IMG/VR virus record: IMGVR_UViG_3300042453_004683
Span: 1-64,000 of that record
Length of the DNA stretch: 64,000 bases
Source of the DNA: a virus
Strand: one strand, 5' to 3'
Of this stretch, positions 22,565-31,435 are shown piece by piece (position 1 is the first letter of the stretch; each line of letters opens with the position of its first letter). The translations under genes and the position numbers were made by a program. The notes beneath the pieces were generated by a model. The model made no database searches and was not told where the DNA came from. It saw only the letters and a list, made by a program, of their open reading frames with translations.

Positions 22565-22983
22565 TGGACGAATACTTCCCCGGGACGAAGATCCGCCGGA
22601 CGCCGCCGTCCGAGATCGTCCCCGCACGCGACTTCCCCCCGCTCTTTGCCGAGATCAGCCGCATCGCTGCCCTCGACGAGGAGCCCTCCCCCACCACCGG
22701 CGATGCCGGCGAGGTCAACATGGACGAGATGGAAGACAAGACCGACCCCGGCATGGCCGAGGGCAAGATGGAGAAGGGCGCCGAGGGCGCCAAGGGCGGC
22801 GCGGCCGGCGGCCTCGACGAACTGGCGAAGATGCTCGGCGTCACCCCCGAGCAGGCACAGCAGGTCATCGACCAGGCGGGCGTGCCCGCCGACGAGCTGC
22901 TCAAGATGCTCAAGGACAACCCCGCCATGCTGGCGCAGGTCCAGGGCGCCCTCGGCAAGAAGCCCAAGGCGAGCATGTACTGA
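22564..22983 (+). CDS. Acidic hypothetical head-assembly protein, 139 aa
   Basis: Stop/start overlap with the upstream gene; strong codon bias; ends KKPKASMY. Confidence 0.75.
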   Translation: MDEYFPGTKIRRTPPSEIVPARDFPPLFAEISRIAALDEEPSPTTGDAGEVNMDEMEDKTDPGMAEGKMEKGAEGAKGGAAGGLDELAKMLGVTPEQAQQVIDQAGVPADELLKMLKDNPAMLAQVQGALGKKPKASMY

Positions 22984-23067
22984 GCCGTCCGAGCAACAAC
23001 GGCTGCTGAACAACCACGGGAGGCCGGGCGCGATGGCCCCGGCCTTCCGCACAACGGAGGACGTCAC

Positions 23068-24087
23068 ATGGAACCCGAAGTCACCACCGAAGCCACCGTC
23101 GAGGCGGTCGCCGCCCCGGCCCCCGCCGCCGTCACCGAGGCGCCCGCCGCGGCCCCGCCGCCCGTCCCCGAGTGGAACGGGGAGATCAGCGGGCTCGACG
23201 CCGTGCTCGGCCTGCTGCCCGACCCGTCGCTCAAGGACGTCGTGCGCGCCGGCGTCAGCAAGGTGCGCGCCAACATGGACCGCGCCTTCCACAACAAGAG
23301 CCAGGAGCTGGCCGCCGAGCGCCGCCGCCTCGCGCAGGAGAAGTCCGACGCGCTGGCGCACATCCAGCAGGCCAAGGAGGCCGCGAAGCTGTGGGCCCAG
23401 GCCATCGAGGACGAGGAGGTCCAGGAGGTGCTCAGCGCGCTCCAGAACGACGCGGCCTACCAGATCGAGTTGCTCCAGGCCGAGCGTGACGAGGCGCGCG
23501 CCCAGGCCGAGGCTGCCAAGGCCCACATCGACAACGTGGCCGCTGCCGTCCGCGAGGCCCTCAGCCGCGAGTACGACGAGCGGGTGAACGCCCTGCGCGC
23601 CGAGCGGGAGAGCGAGCGCGCCGAGCTGGAGGCCGCCCGTGCGGCCCGCGCCCAGGCCGAGGCCGCGCAGACCAAGCTGCGGGAGGAGGAGGAGCGCCGC
23701 CAGATGGACGAGTACGCCCGCCGTATCACCGAGGCCGTCGAGGCCCACGGCGGCCTGCTCCCCGAGAACCAGCGGAACTTCGCCGTGCTGGAGCACTTCT
23801 TCCAGCCGGCGTCGAAGCAGGTCATGCTCGCCAAGGGGCTCACCAACGAGGACATCGACAAGATGTCCGACGAGGTGTACAACGCCCTGCTGGACGAGAC
23901 ATTCAAGGTCGCCGGCCGGATCGCCGCCGCGCTGCACCCGAAGCCGGCCTCGCCGCCCGTGCCCGCGAACCCGAACGCCGTCAGGCCCCCGGCGGTTGCC
24001 GAGGCGCTGGCGACGCAGAGCAAGTCCGGCAACGGCGCACTCACCGGCCTGCCGGCTCAGAAGAAGGTCGTCGCGTCGATCTACTGA
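23068..24087 (+). CDS. Capsid scaffolding protein (coiled coil), 339 aa
   Basis: Acidic/Pro-rich N-terminus, long Ala/Glu/Arg coiled coil, GGAGG RBS, position downstream of portal; ends KKVVASIY. Confidence 0.75.
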   Translation: MEPEVTTEATVEAVAAPAPAAVTEAPAAAPPPVPEWNGEISGLDAVLGLLPDPSLKDVVRAGVSKVRANMDRAFHNKSQELAAERRRLAQEKSDALAHIQQAKEAAKLWAQAIEDEEVQEVLSALQNDAAYQIELLQAERDEARAQAEAAKAHIDNVAAAVREALSREYDERVNALRAERESERAELEAARAARAQAEAAQTKLREEEERRQMDEYARRITEAVEAHGGLLPENQRNFAVLEHFFQPASKQVMLAKGLTNEDIDKMSDEVYNALLDETFKVAGRIAAALHPKPASPPVPANPNAVRPPAVAEALATQSKSGNGALTGLPAQKKVVASIY

Positions 24088-24995
24088 GCCCGGCGGGGGA
24101 GGTCCAGCCCGGCGAGTAGCGCCTCCGCACTGCGCTGCCGCCGGGCGATCCGGGCGTTCGTGATGCGCGCCTGCTCCGCCATCTCGAACTCGAACAGCGC
24201 CTCACGCTCGACTTCGTAAGAGCGGTTGTCGGACGTGATGATCTGCATGGCGTCGAAGTCCAGGATGAAGTGGACCTCCAGCGGCTCGCCGTTGCTGCCC
24301 GTGAACAGCCCGGTGCGGGTCGTGTACTGCTCGATCCGCACCGGCGTGTGCGCGCCACGCGCGAACACGACCGCGACGAAGCCGTTGTCGAGCGCGCCGA
24401 GCGGGTTCTCGACCGCTCCGCGGTTGGGCGGACGCTTCACGTTGATGGCGTGCAGCGAGATCGAGGCGCCCGTCGCGTAGTGGGAGCAGATCTCGTCGAA
24501 CACGTCCTCGAAGATGACCGGCGAGTGCGCCACGGACGCCGATCCTGCGACCGAGGCCCACATCGGAGGCAGATCCAGGGGCCACACGTCGGACGCATCG
24601 ATCTCGATCACCTCCACGGGGTCGAGATCACCCTCCAGGAGGGGCTGAGTGGGTGCCGGCAGCGCCTCGACGGCCTTCACGGGCAGCGGCGGAGGCGTCA
24701 GCGCGACGATCGGGGCGGCCGATGGGACGATCACCGCCGCCAGAGGCGCCTTCACGGGCGCCGGCGTCGCGTAGAAGGGGCCGAGGCCCAGCGAGGCGAC
24801 CCGCTTCGGGCGGTACGCGCGCGGAAACAGCTCCGAGGAGCCCGCCGGGAGGTCCTTGGAGATCCCGAGGGCGTGCCGCGCGTAGGACGCGAGCAGATCG
24901 CCGGCCTGATCGCGGGTCAGGGGCGGCGCCCAGGGCGCCACGGAGGCGGAAACGGCCACGATCTCGTCGATCACGGCCTCGATCGAGGTGCTCAT
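24081..24995 (-). CDS. Hypothetical protein, 304 aa
   Basis: Last gene of a minus-strand operon; Pro-rich linker between two globular parts. Confidence 0.7.
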   Translation of the reverse strand: MSTSIEAVIDEIVAVSASVAPWAPPLTRDQAGDLLASYARHALGISKDLPAGSSELFPRAYRPKRVASLGLGPFYATPAPVKAPLAAVIVPSAAPIVALTPPPLPVKAVEALPAPTQPLLEGDLDPVEVIEIDASDVWPLDLPPMWASVAGSASVAHSPVIFEDVFDEICSHYATGASISLHAINVKRPPNRGAVENPLGALDNGFVAVVFARGAHTPVRIEQYTTRTGLFTGSNGEPLEVHFILDFDAMQIITSDNRSYEVEREALFEFEMAEQARITNARIARRQRSAEALLAGLDLPRRAQ

Positions 24996-24998
24996 GTG

Positions 24999-25667
24999 TC
25001 AGTCCTGCGCGTTTCGGGGGCGGGTGATGTGGAAGCGGACGCCATCGAAGTCCACAGCGGGGCGCGAGAACACATCTTGCGTCTCCGTGTTGATGTAGAC
25101 GGCCGTGATCGGGAACTTCACGGGGTCGTCGGCCGTCCGGTTGGTCACCACGAGGATCTCGTAGGTGCTCCCACGCTTCGGATGACGCCAGAACTGGCCC
25201 GCGCGGACCGCGATGTGGTGTGCGGAGGCGTCGGCGGGCGCCGGAGACGAGGCGCTGGACGCCTCCGGGTCCACGGGGTAAGCGTACGGGACGTAGTTCT
25301 CGCGGTTGCAGCGCGGATCCGCTTCCAGGCCGAGGGCGTGGAAGCCCATCTGGCCCCACCAGTTCGCCTTCTCGCGGTCGCGCTCGGCGTCCTCGGCGGT
25401 CCCCTTGCGTCCTCGGCGCGCCGCGTACTTCATCTCGTGCGTGTCGCAGGCGTATGCGAACAGGTAGTCGGCGATGACGCGCTGCTCAGCATCGTTCTCG
25501 ATGGTCCAGAGGCCACAGGACGCGCCGGCACCGGCCACGAAGTAGGCTTCGTCGCGCATCAGATCGACGACTTCGCGTCCACCCTCGCTCACGTAGCGGG
25601 CCGGCACGCTGTCGAAGCCGGTGTTCAGGTCGTCGGGCTGGCCGCCATGCACCTCGGTGGACATCAC
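24999..25667 (-). CDS. DUF3310 (SaV / T7 gp1.7-like) plus DUF1653-like fusion
   Basis: N-terminal PARY..GGREVVD...MKYAARRGRKG..ED..RD.EKANWW; C-terminal WRHPKRGSTYEI...AVY....VFSRP..DF. Confidence 0.65.
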   Translation of the reverse strand: MMSTEVHGGQPDDLNTGFDSVPARYVSEGGREVVDLMRDEAYFVAGAGASCGLWTIENDAEQRVIADYLFAYACDTHEMKYAARRGRKGTAEDAERDREKANWWGQMGFHALGLEADPRCNRENYVPYAYPVDPEASSASSPAPADASAHHIAVRAGQFWRHPKRGSTYEILVVTNRTADDPVKFPITAVYINTETQDVFSRPAVDFDGVRFHITRPRNAQD

Positions 25668-25813
25668 CGCACCTCGCGGAGCAGACCGCCGGTCAGCGGG
25701 AGGAGGCCCATGAAGGCCATGAGCGGGTCATAGCCGAAGGCGTTGAGCGCGCGGGCGTTGAGGTAGATGGCGGCGACGCCAGCCACCATCAGGATCAGAC
25801 CGTTTCGGGACAT
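25664..25813 (-). CDS. Small membrane protein, 49 aa
   Basis: MSRNGLILMVAGVAAIYL...; two hydrophobic stretches. Confidence 0.55.
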   Translation of the reverse strand: MSRNGLILMVAGVAAIYLNARALNAFGYDPLMAFMGLLPLTGGLLREVR

Positions 25814-25826
25814 GTTGCAAGCCCTC

Positions 25827-26222
25827 TCAGTTGTAGATGATGCCTTCCGGCGGCGCGTCGGTCTGTTCCTCGGCAGCCTCGGCGGCATCCTCCACGTACT
25901 CCATGACGCCCACGTTGACAAGGTGCAGCATGTGATTGCGCGCCTTCTCCGCGTCGCCTCCGAACCGCTCGATCATCGCGCGGATCGCCATGTCGAACAG
26001 GTCGTCGGCGGTCACGAACACGATGTCCGTGCGGGTCCGGGCACGCTTGACGACCTGGATCGCCACCGCGGCCGACATCGCCTCCTCGTCGTCGAGGTCC
26101 ACGCCGCTGTGGTCGAACGGGAGGAGCGCGAACACGGGCTCCTCCTCGCCCGTGGCGGGGTCGGTCCAGGTCGAGGTCTCGACGCAGACGTTGGCGAAGT
26201 GGAGGGTGTCGCGCTCAGCCAC
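25827..26222 (-). CDS. Acidic hypothetical protein, 131 aa
   Basis: Probable GTG start at 26222 overlapping the end of the upstream gene. Confidence 0.65.
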   Translation of the reverse strand: MAERDTLHFANVCVETSTWTDPATGEEEPVFALLPFDHSGVDLDDEEAMSAAVAIQVVKRARTRTDIVFVTADDLFDMAIRAMIERFGGDAEKARNHMLHLVNVGVMEYVEDAAEAAEEQTDAPPEGIIYN

Positions 26223-26505
26223 CGGACGCCTCGACGGCGACGTCGGCGGAGGGGGCGTCGGACGCCTCGTCGACCACCTGGGTCTCGGCGGTGGCCTCGG
26301 AGGGGACCTGGATCGGGTCGGCGAGGGCCGGGACGGCCTCGACGGGGGCCTCGACGGGGGCCTCGACGGGGGCCTCGACGGGGGCCTCCACACCATCGAC
26401 CTTCACGTAGAGGGTGACGGCGCCGCTGGTCACGAGCGCGACGGCGCCGGCCAGGACGGTGAGGACGAAGGCGAGGATGCTGAGGTGGCGCTTGGAGAGG
26501 CTCAT
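26215..26505 (-). CDS. Membrane-anchored acidic protein with (VEAP)n repeats
   Basis: N-terminal transmembrane segment; AAGGA RBS; promoter at 26632-26660. Confidence 0.7.
   Translation of the reverse strand: MSLSKRHLSILAFVLTVLAGAVALVTSGAVTLYVKVDGVEAPVEAPVEAPVEAPVEAVPALADPIQVPSEATAETQVVDEASDAPSADVAVEASGG
26335..26388. repeat. 12 bp tandem repeat GGCCTCGACGGG x4.5
   Basis: Read directly; encodes the VEAP repeats on the minus strand. Confidence 0.9.
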
Positions 26506-26631
26506 GTCGGTGTCCTTGAGGGAAGCAGGTAGAAGCCAACCGGCGGATGAGCGCCCCGTGCAGCGACCAGGAGAACGGACGGTCCTTGCTGCTGTCAGGG
26601 CTGCTACGGGGCGCTCTCCGCTGGCAGATGG

Positions 26632-26660
26632 AGCGTAGCCCGGCAGCCGCGAGGCGTCAA
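26632..26660 (-). promoter_or_regulatory. Sigma70-type promoter TTGACG-17-TACGCT
   Basis: Exact spacing; upstream of the operon starting at 26505. Confidence 0.6.
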
Positions 26661-29600
26661 GCCACCTGACGTCGGCGGCCGTCGTGGATGACGACTTCGC
26701 CCGCGTCGCGGCCGGTCACCAGGGCCTTGTGAAGCCGCGCCTCGTGGTCGTTCACGATCCGCTCCTGCCACCGCTTGGCGAGGCCGTCGATCATCTCGAA
26801 GCGTGACATGTCCAGCGTGTAGGTGCGGTGGATGTCGCCGTCGGGGCCGCGGCTCCGCTTCGAGCGCAGCCGGAGACCAGCCGACCGGAGGATCGTCGAG
26901 AGCTGCTGGAAGTCGGACCGGTCGTTGCCGCCGGGGAGGTGGAGGCCCATCTCCGACTGCTCCTTCCGGGCAGCCGCCAGGAGGGTCGGCACGAGGCTCG
27001 GCGGGATCGGGCGAGCGTCGGTCAACAGCCCGTTCTTGCGCATCTCCGCCATCACGTTCGCCACAAGGCGGGCCTGCGGCAGCACCGCGCGGTAGGTGTA
27101 GATCGTCTCGCCGCGGGACCGATCGACCTCGAACATGCCGACCGCCTCGTGCTGCTGCCGCCGGATCAGGAACTGCTGCGCGTAGATCAGCACCTGCCGG
27201 TTCAGCTTGCCGCGGAGCGCCTCGGACACGATCTCCACCTTCTCGTCGTGCGCCGCGCCTTCGTACCGCTGGCCGAACGTCGTCGCGTACCGGGTCGCCA
27301 GCGCGCGGGTCGCCTCCTCCTTCGACCGGGGACCGTTCTTGTTCACGCGGTCCATCGTCGGCTCGTCCAGAAGCTCGGCCGTGGCGACCTCCTCGGCCTT
27401 CTTCCGGTGGATCTCGCGGACCTGCTCGCGCACCAGCTCGGCCTCGCCAGAGGCGTCCAGGGCGGGCCCGACCTTCCCTTCCAGGTCGGCGCCTTCCAGG
27501 AAGACGTGGCAGGTCTGGAGGCAGGCCATCGTCCAGGTGCGGCCCTGGTGGTAGCCGGACGCGATCGAGGCCGCCTGCGCGCAGCCGAGCACCTGGAGGT
27601 TCAGGTCCTGGTGGTACTCGCCGAGCAGGTACGCGGGCGTCACGTTCGAGAGCCGGAGCGCGATCGTCACCGCCTGCTCGTCCGCCTTGTACCGCTGGGT
27701 GATCGCCTGGGGCGACAGCTTCCACGACTCGTTCGCGCGAGACTCGGCCCACAGCGGATCGTGAGCGACGCCGGAGATGAAGATGCACTGGTCGACCGGG
27801 TGGCGGACGCGGTGAAGCATCTGCTCAACCACGGACGCGGATCCGATGAAGTCCTTGCCGACCAGGACGTGCCGGTGGTCGAACCAGTCGCGCTTGTCGA
27901 ACGAGACGCCGGTCGACATCGCGGTGTTGTAGACCAGGGCGTCGACGGCCAACGCCACCTGGCTGAAGTCCTCCGTCTCCTCGTCGCCTTCGGAGCCGAC
28001 GATCACCCGCGCGCGGCGACCCTCGCCCTGCTCGTCGAGGATCTCCTGGATCCGCATCCCGATGGACTGCGCCAGCTTCCGCTCGTAGACGGCCACGGCG
28101 ACACGCTTGCCCGCCTTCACCTGGCGCATGATCAGCTCGATGTGCCGGTCGTTGGAGGACTGCACCGGCTTCTCGTCCTCGTCGCCCTCGTAGATGGCCT
28201 CGACCTCGGCGAACTGCCACTTGTGCTTCGCCGAGGACCACTCCACGAACGGCGTCGGCATCTCGTCCAGGAGGCTCGCCCGCGCGGACAGGATGTCCTT
28301 GATCAGGTTCCGGGTGCCGAGGGAGGCGTGAGCGTCGGCCAAGATCACCTTGTCGGCGTACGCGCAGGAGGCCACCAGCGCGTTGTAGGCGGCCACCGCG
28401 TCGCGGGAGCGGAGCATCGACCAGATCTGCGTCAGCATCTGCTCGACCTCATCGACCAGGATCACGCTGCCGCGCGCCTTCCAGCCGCGGGCGACCGTCT
28501 TGAGCGCGGCGAACGAGCAGGACGTGTCCGCGTCCTCGACCTTCTTGCCAGACCCGCCGGCCGCGTGGTCGATGCCGAGTCGCTCCGCGAGGTTCTTCGC
28601 CAAAGAGACGAAGGGCGACACGGCCAAGATCCGCTGCCGGGCGGTCTTCGCGTCCTTGACAACGCGCTCCATCAGGTGGGTCTTGCCCGTGCCGGTCCGC
28701 GTCGTCAGCAGCAGACGATCAGGGATCTCCGCGGGGAACTCCGCATGGCCGCGCTCGTTGATGTCCAGCATCACCGGCGAGGTGAGGTAGGCACAGTCGC
28801 CGTTGACGTCGCGCTCAGGGATCGCCACCAGCCGGCGGGGCATGTTGTCGGTGCCGATCGTGATGTCCGGCATCGTGCCGTACTTCTCGAAGTCGAACCG
28901 GAACCGCGTGGAGCACTTGAAGCAGACGACCTGGGTGTGCAGGTCGGTGTGCCGGATGGACGTGTTCGACGCGCACAGCGGGCACGGCGAGCGATCCTCG
29001 GGCATCTCTGGCAGCGGCCAGAGGGCGCTCGCCCAGGTGCGGCCCGTGCGAGGCGCGACGGCAGCACGGTCCTTGTCCGCCTTCCGCTGCAAGTTCTCAG
29101 CCACGCGCTCGGCAAGGCGCCGACGGCGCAGCTCCGCCTGCGACACGCGCGGCACCTCCGGCGCCCAGGAAGCCTCAGCCGCGATGCGATCGAACCAGGG
29201 TTCGAGCGACACGACCTCATCGTGCGGCGCCGGGCTGGAGGAGTAGAGGCGGACCTGCTTGCCGGTGACGCGGTGGAGGCTGCCAGGCACCGGGAAGATG
29301 CGGGTGCCGATGTCCTTGGCCGAGTGGTCCCACCACCAGAGCGCGTCGCCCATGTGCGTGTGCCACGCCTTGATGACGGCCTTCATCTTGGTCGGGTTCC
29401 AGCGGGACGCGGGGAAGCCCTCCTCGGAGGGAAGCCAGTAGACGAGGCAGACACCGTGGCCGGTGTAGATGACGCGGTTGGGCCGCTCGGGCAGACCCGT
29501 CTTGGCCGCCTCCGCGCTGACCCGCAGCGCGAACTTGGTGCGCAGAAGCCACGCCACCACGTCGTCCTCGGACATCTCGTACAGCTTCGCCTTCCGCTCG

Positions 29601-29968
29601 GTACGGGTCGCGCCGAACTCGTCGGCGAACGGAGCGTCGCAGATGTCGACGTCGATGGTCAGGGCGGCGACCTTCGCCAGCTCCTGGAACGTCATCTTGT
29701 GGCTCGGGCGCGCGGTCGAGAAGAAGCCGCCACAGGTCATGTCCTGCCAGTGCTTGTCCCCGATGCCCTTGAGACCGCGGACGCGGACCTCAAGGCCGTC
29801 GGGCGGGAGCGGCAGGTAGTCGAAGGGGCGGGTCGGGACGTAGATGGCAGACAAAGCGGGCCGTCCAGGTGAGCGAAGCCATCGTAGCCCGCTGGCGCCC
29901 GCCGCGCAAACGGCCCCTCGCCCGTGTTCGTCCAGGATCCGCTGGTGAGCGGCGGATCTGGCGATCAC
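26657..29968 (-). CDS. Replication protein: RepB'-type primase domain, Zn finger and UL9/CyRepA-like SF2 origin-binding helicase
   Basis: IDVD, TGHG...YWL, D.GTRIFPVPGSLH (primase-like); CPLC...CFKC; TRTGTGKT, LVDEVEQ, ADAH, MSTGVSFD, QMLHRVRH (SF2). Start uncertain, possibly TTG at 29854. Confidence 0.8.
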   Translation of the reverse strand: MIARSAAHQRILDEHGRGAVCAAGASGLRWLRSPGRPALSAIYVPTRPFDYLPLPPDGLEVRVRGLKGIGDKHWQDMTCGGFFSTARPSHKMTFQELAKVAALTIDVDICDAPFADEFGATRTERKAKLYEMSEDDVVAWLLRTKFALRVSAEAAKTGLPERPNRVIYTGHGVCLVYWLPSEEGFPASRWNPTKMKAVIKAWHTHMGDALWWWDHSAKDIGTRIFPVPGSLHRVTGKQVRLYSSSPAPHDEVVSLEPWFDRIAAEASWAPEVPRVSQAELRRRRLAERVAENLQRKADKDRAAVAPRTGRTWASALWPLPEMPEDRSPCPLCASNTSIRHTDLHTQVVCFKCSTRFRFDFEKYGTMPDITIGTDNMPRRLVAIPERDVNGDCAYLTSPVMLDINERGHAEFPAEIPDRLLLTTRTGTGKTHLMERVVKDAKTARQRILAVSPFVSLAKNLAERLGIDHAAGGSGKKVEDADTSCSFAALKTVARGWKARGSVILVDEVEQMLTQIWSMLRSRDAVAAYNALVASCAYADKVILADAHASLGTRNLIKDILSARASLLDEMPTPFVEWSSAKHKWQFAEVEAIYEGDEDEKPVQSSNDRHIELIMRQVKAGKRVAVAVYERKLAQSIGMRIQEILDEQGEGRRARVIVGSEGDEETEDFSQVALAVDALVYNTAMSTGVSFDKRDWFDHRHVLVGKDFIGSASVVEQMLHRVRHPVDQCIFISGVAHDPLWAESRANESWKLSPQAITQRYKADEQAVTIALRLSNVTPAYLLGEYHQDLNLQVLGCAQAASIASGYHQGRTWTMACLQTCHVFLEGADLEGKVGPALDASGEAELVREQVREIHRKKAEEVATAELLDEPTMDRVNKNGPRSKEEATRALATRYATTFGQRYEGAAHDEKVEIVSEALRGKLNRQVLIYAQQFLIRRQQHEAVGMFEVDRSRGETIYTYRAVLPQARLVANVMAEMRKNGLLTDARPIPPSLVPTLLAAARKEQSEMGLHLPGGNDRSDFQQLSTILRSAGLRLRSKRSRGPDGDIHRTYTLDMSRFEMIDGLAKRWQERIVNDHEARLHKALVTGRDAGEVVIHDGRRRQVA

Positions 29969-29989
29969 TGTGTCGCGGTGCTCGGCTCT

Positions 29990-30036
29990 TTACTCTTATA
30001 GCGTAGTGACACCTGTGACTTTCGAGATCGCCGCTC
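29990..30036 (-). repeat. Degenerate copy of the dispersed AGCGGCGA...CACTA...TAAGA element
   Basis: GAGCGGCGATCTC (13 bp) is identical to 41520-41532 and is followed by CACTACGCTATAAGA. Confidence 0.5.
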
Positions 30037-30135
30037 CCTACGCGATCCTCGCTTGCCGGGCGTGCGTTGACGTGCTACGTGCCCTGTGAACCCTCGCGTC
30101 TTCCCCCCTGGAAGATCTTGCAGCAGGACAAATCA

Positions 30136-30537
30136 GTGAACCTACTTACCTCCACCTTCGTTCCCTCGTACGCCGTGCTCGCGCGCCCGAAGACCCGGCA
30201 GGCGTGTGCCGAGTACGTCCGGCGCCTCGCGGGCTTCCCGCCGAACCCGGCCGTCGTCGTGAAGTTGCAGACGGTGGAGAAGCTGGTCTCCCACGGCGCG
30301 CTGGGCGAGGAGCCGCCTCACCACGTCCGCCCGTTCGGCCTCTACCTGCTCGCCCGCGTGTTCTACCCGACGGAGTTCAAGGAGCTGCTGGAGGAGGCGG
30401 AGGCCGCCGGCGTCTACGGCGAGGTCGCGCCGGACTTCCACGAGAGGGTGTACGCGGAGTTACGCCTCGTGGTCGCCGCCAAGCAGGGGGCTTGCCCGCC
30501 GGACGACTACGGGGTAGATGTCATCGTCATCGACTAA
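30136..30537 (+). CDS. Hypothetical protein
   Basis: GTG at 30136 after AGGA; promoter TTGCCG-17-TACGTG at 30053-30081. Confidence 0.65.
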   Translation: MNLLTSTFVPSYAVLARPKTRQACAEYVRRLAGFPPNPAVVVKLQTVEKLVSHGALGEEPPHHVRPFGLYLLARVFYPTEFKELLEEAEAAGVYGEVAPDFHERVYAELRLVVAAKQGACPPDDYGVDVIVID

Positions 30538-30567
30538 CACCGTGGCGTTAGGCCACAAGGAGGCACA

Positions 30568-31434
30568 TTGGATCCATTGCACACCGACGAGCGCGGATGG
30601 ACGCTCTACCACGCCGACTACCGCGACACCCTCGGGGCTGTCGCTGCGTCCGGCGGCGCTGACCTCATCGCCTTCAGCCCGCCCTATTGTGACGCACGCT
30701 CCTACGGGATGAGCGTCTCGTGGTGCATGGCCGATTACGCTTCACTCGGTGATGCGGTATTCGCCGCGCTCAAGCCCGGAGGTCACGCGCTGGTCAACGT
30801 CGACGCGCCGGTGCGGGAGTGGCGGCCGGGCTTCGGCACGGAGCGCGGCTTTCACCCGTGGCGCCTGATGCTCGACTGGGCCGAGCGCATCGGCTTCCGA
30901 GTGCCCGACAGGCTGGCGTTCGAGCGTTTGGGCAGTCCTGGCGCCTATAGCGGTCGCTTCCGAAACGACTGGGAACCTTTGATCTGGTTCCAGCGCCCAG
31001 GTGCGAAGGGGTTCTTCGATCGCTGGCCTCTCGCGGAAGATGCTGTCGGTGGCGCGTACGCGGGAAAGAGCGCGAAAGCGCGGAAGGTTGACGGCAGCCA
31101 GAACGTACGAGAGGCGTCGGGGCGCGCAGCCGAAGAAGGAAAGAAGCATCGCGGCACTGTGTGGCACGTCGGACGCGGCCATTCCGGCGCGCCTGACATC
31201 GAGGCTGCCGGGCACCCCGCTCGGTGGCCATACAAGCTCGCCTCCGACATTGTGCTGTGCTTCTCAACTCCTGGTGCGCTTGTCTGCGATCCCTTCGTCG
31301 GTGCGGGGACTACTGCGGCGGCCGCGCTGGCGCATGGGCGACGCTTCGTCGGCGGCGACCTCGGGCTTCGGCAGACCGACGGCGTGCCGTGGGTAACCGT
31401 GGCCGACCGGTTGATGCGGCAAAGGCTCGCCTGA
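30568..31434 (+). CDS. Beta-class N4-cytosine/N6-adenine DNA methyltransferase
   Basis: Motif IV SPPY near the N-terminus; HPARWP and motif I DPFVGAGTT near the C-terminus. Confidence 0.92.
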   Translation: MDPLHTDERGWTLYHADYRDTLGAVAASGGADLIAFSPPYCDARSYGMSVSWCMADYASLGDAVFAALKPGGHALVNVDAPVREWRPGFGTERGFHPWRLMLDWAERIGFRVPDRLAFERLGSPGAYSGRFRNDWEPLIWFQRPGAKGFFDRWPLAEDAVGGAYAGKSAKARKVDGSQNVREASGRAAEEGKKHRGTVWHVGRGHSGAPDIEAAGHPARWPYKLASDIVLCFSTPGALVCDPFVGAGTTAAAALAHGRRFVGGDLGLRQTDGVPWVTVADRLMRQRLA

Positions 31435-31435
31435 T

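Noticed and set aside
18633-23054. 1473 aa minus-strand ORF, and similar long ORFs at 740-2233, 7327-9867, 12540-14792, 26828-29872, 56408-58018 and 60766-62283
   Set aside because: These are antisense shadows of real genes. High GC3 removes stop codons from the mirror frame, and the translations are V/G/R/D-rich with no motifs.
25664-26505. Lysis cassette (holin/spanin) from the small membrane proteins
   Set aside because: No endolysin or lipobox-containing partner is recognisable nearby, so the assignment is unsupported.
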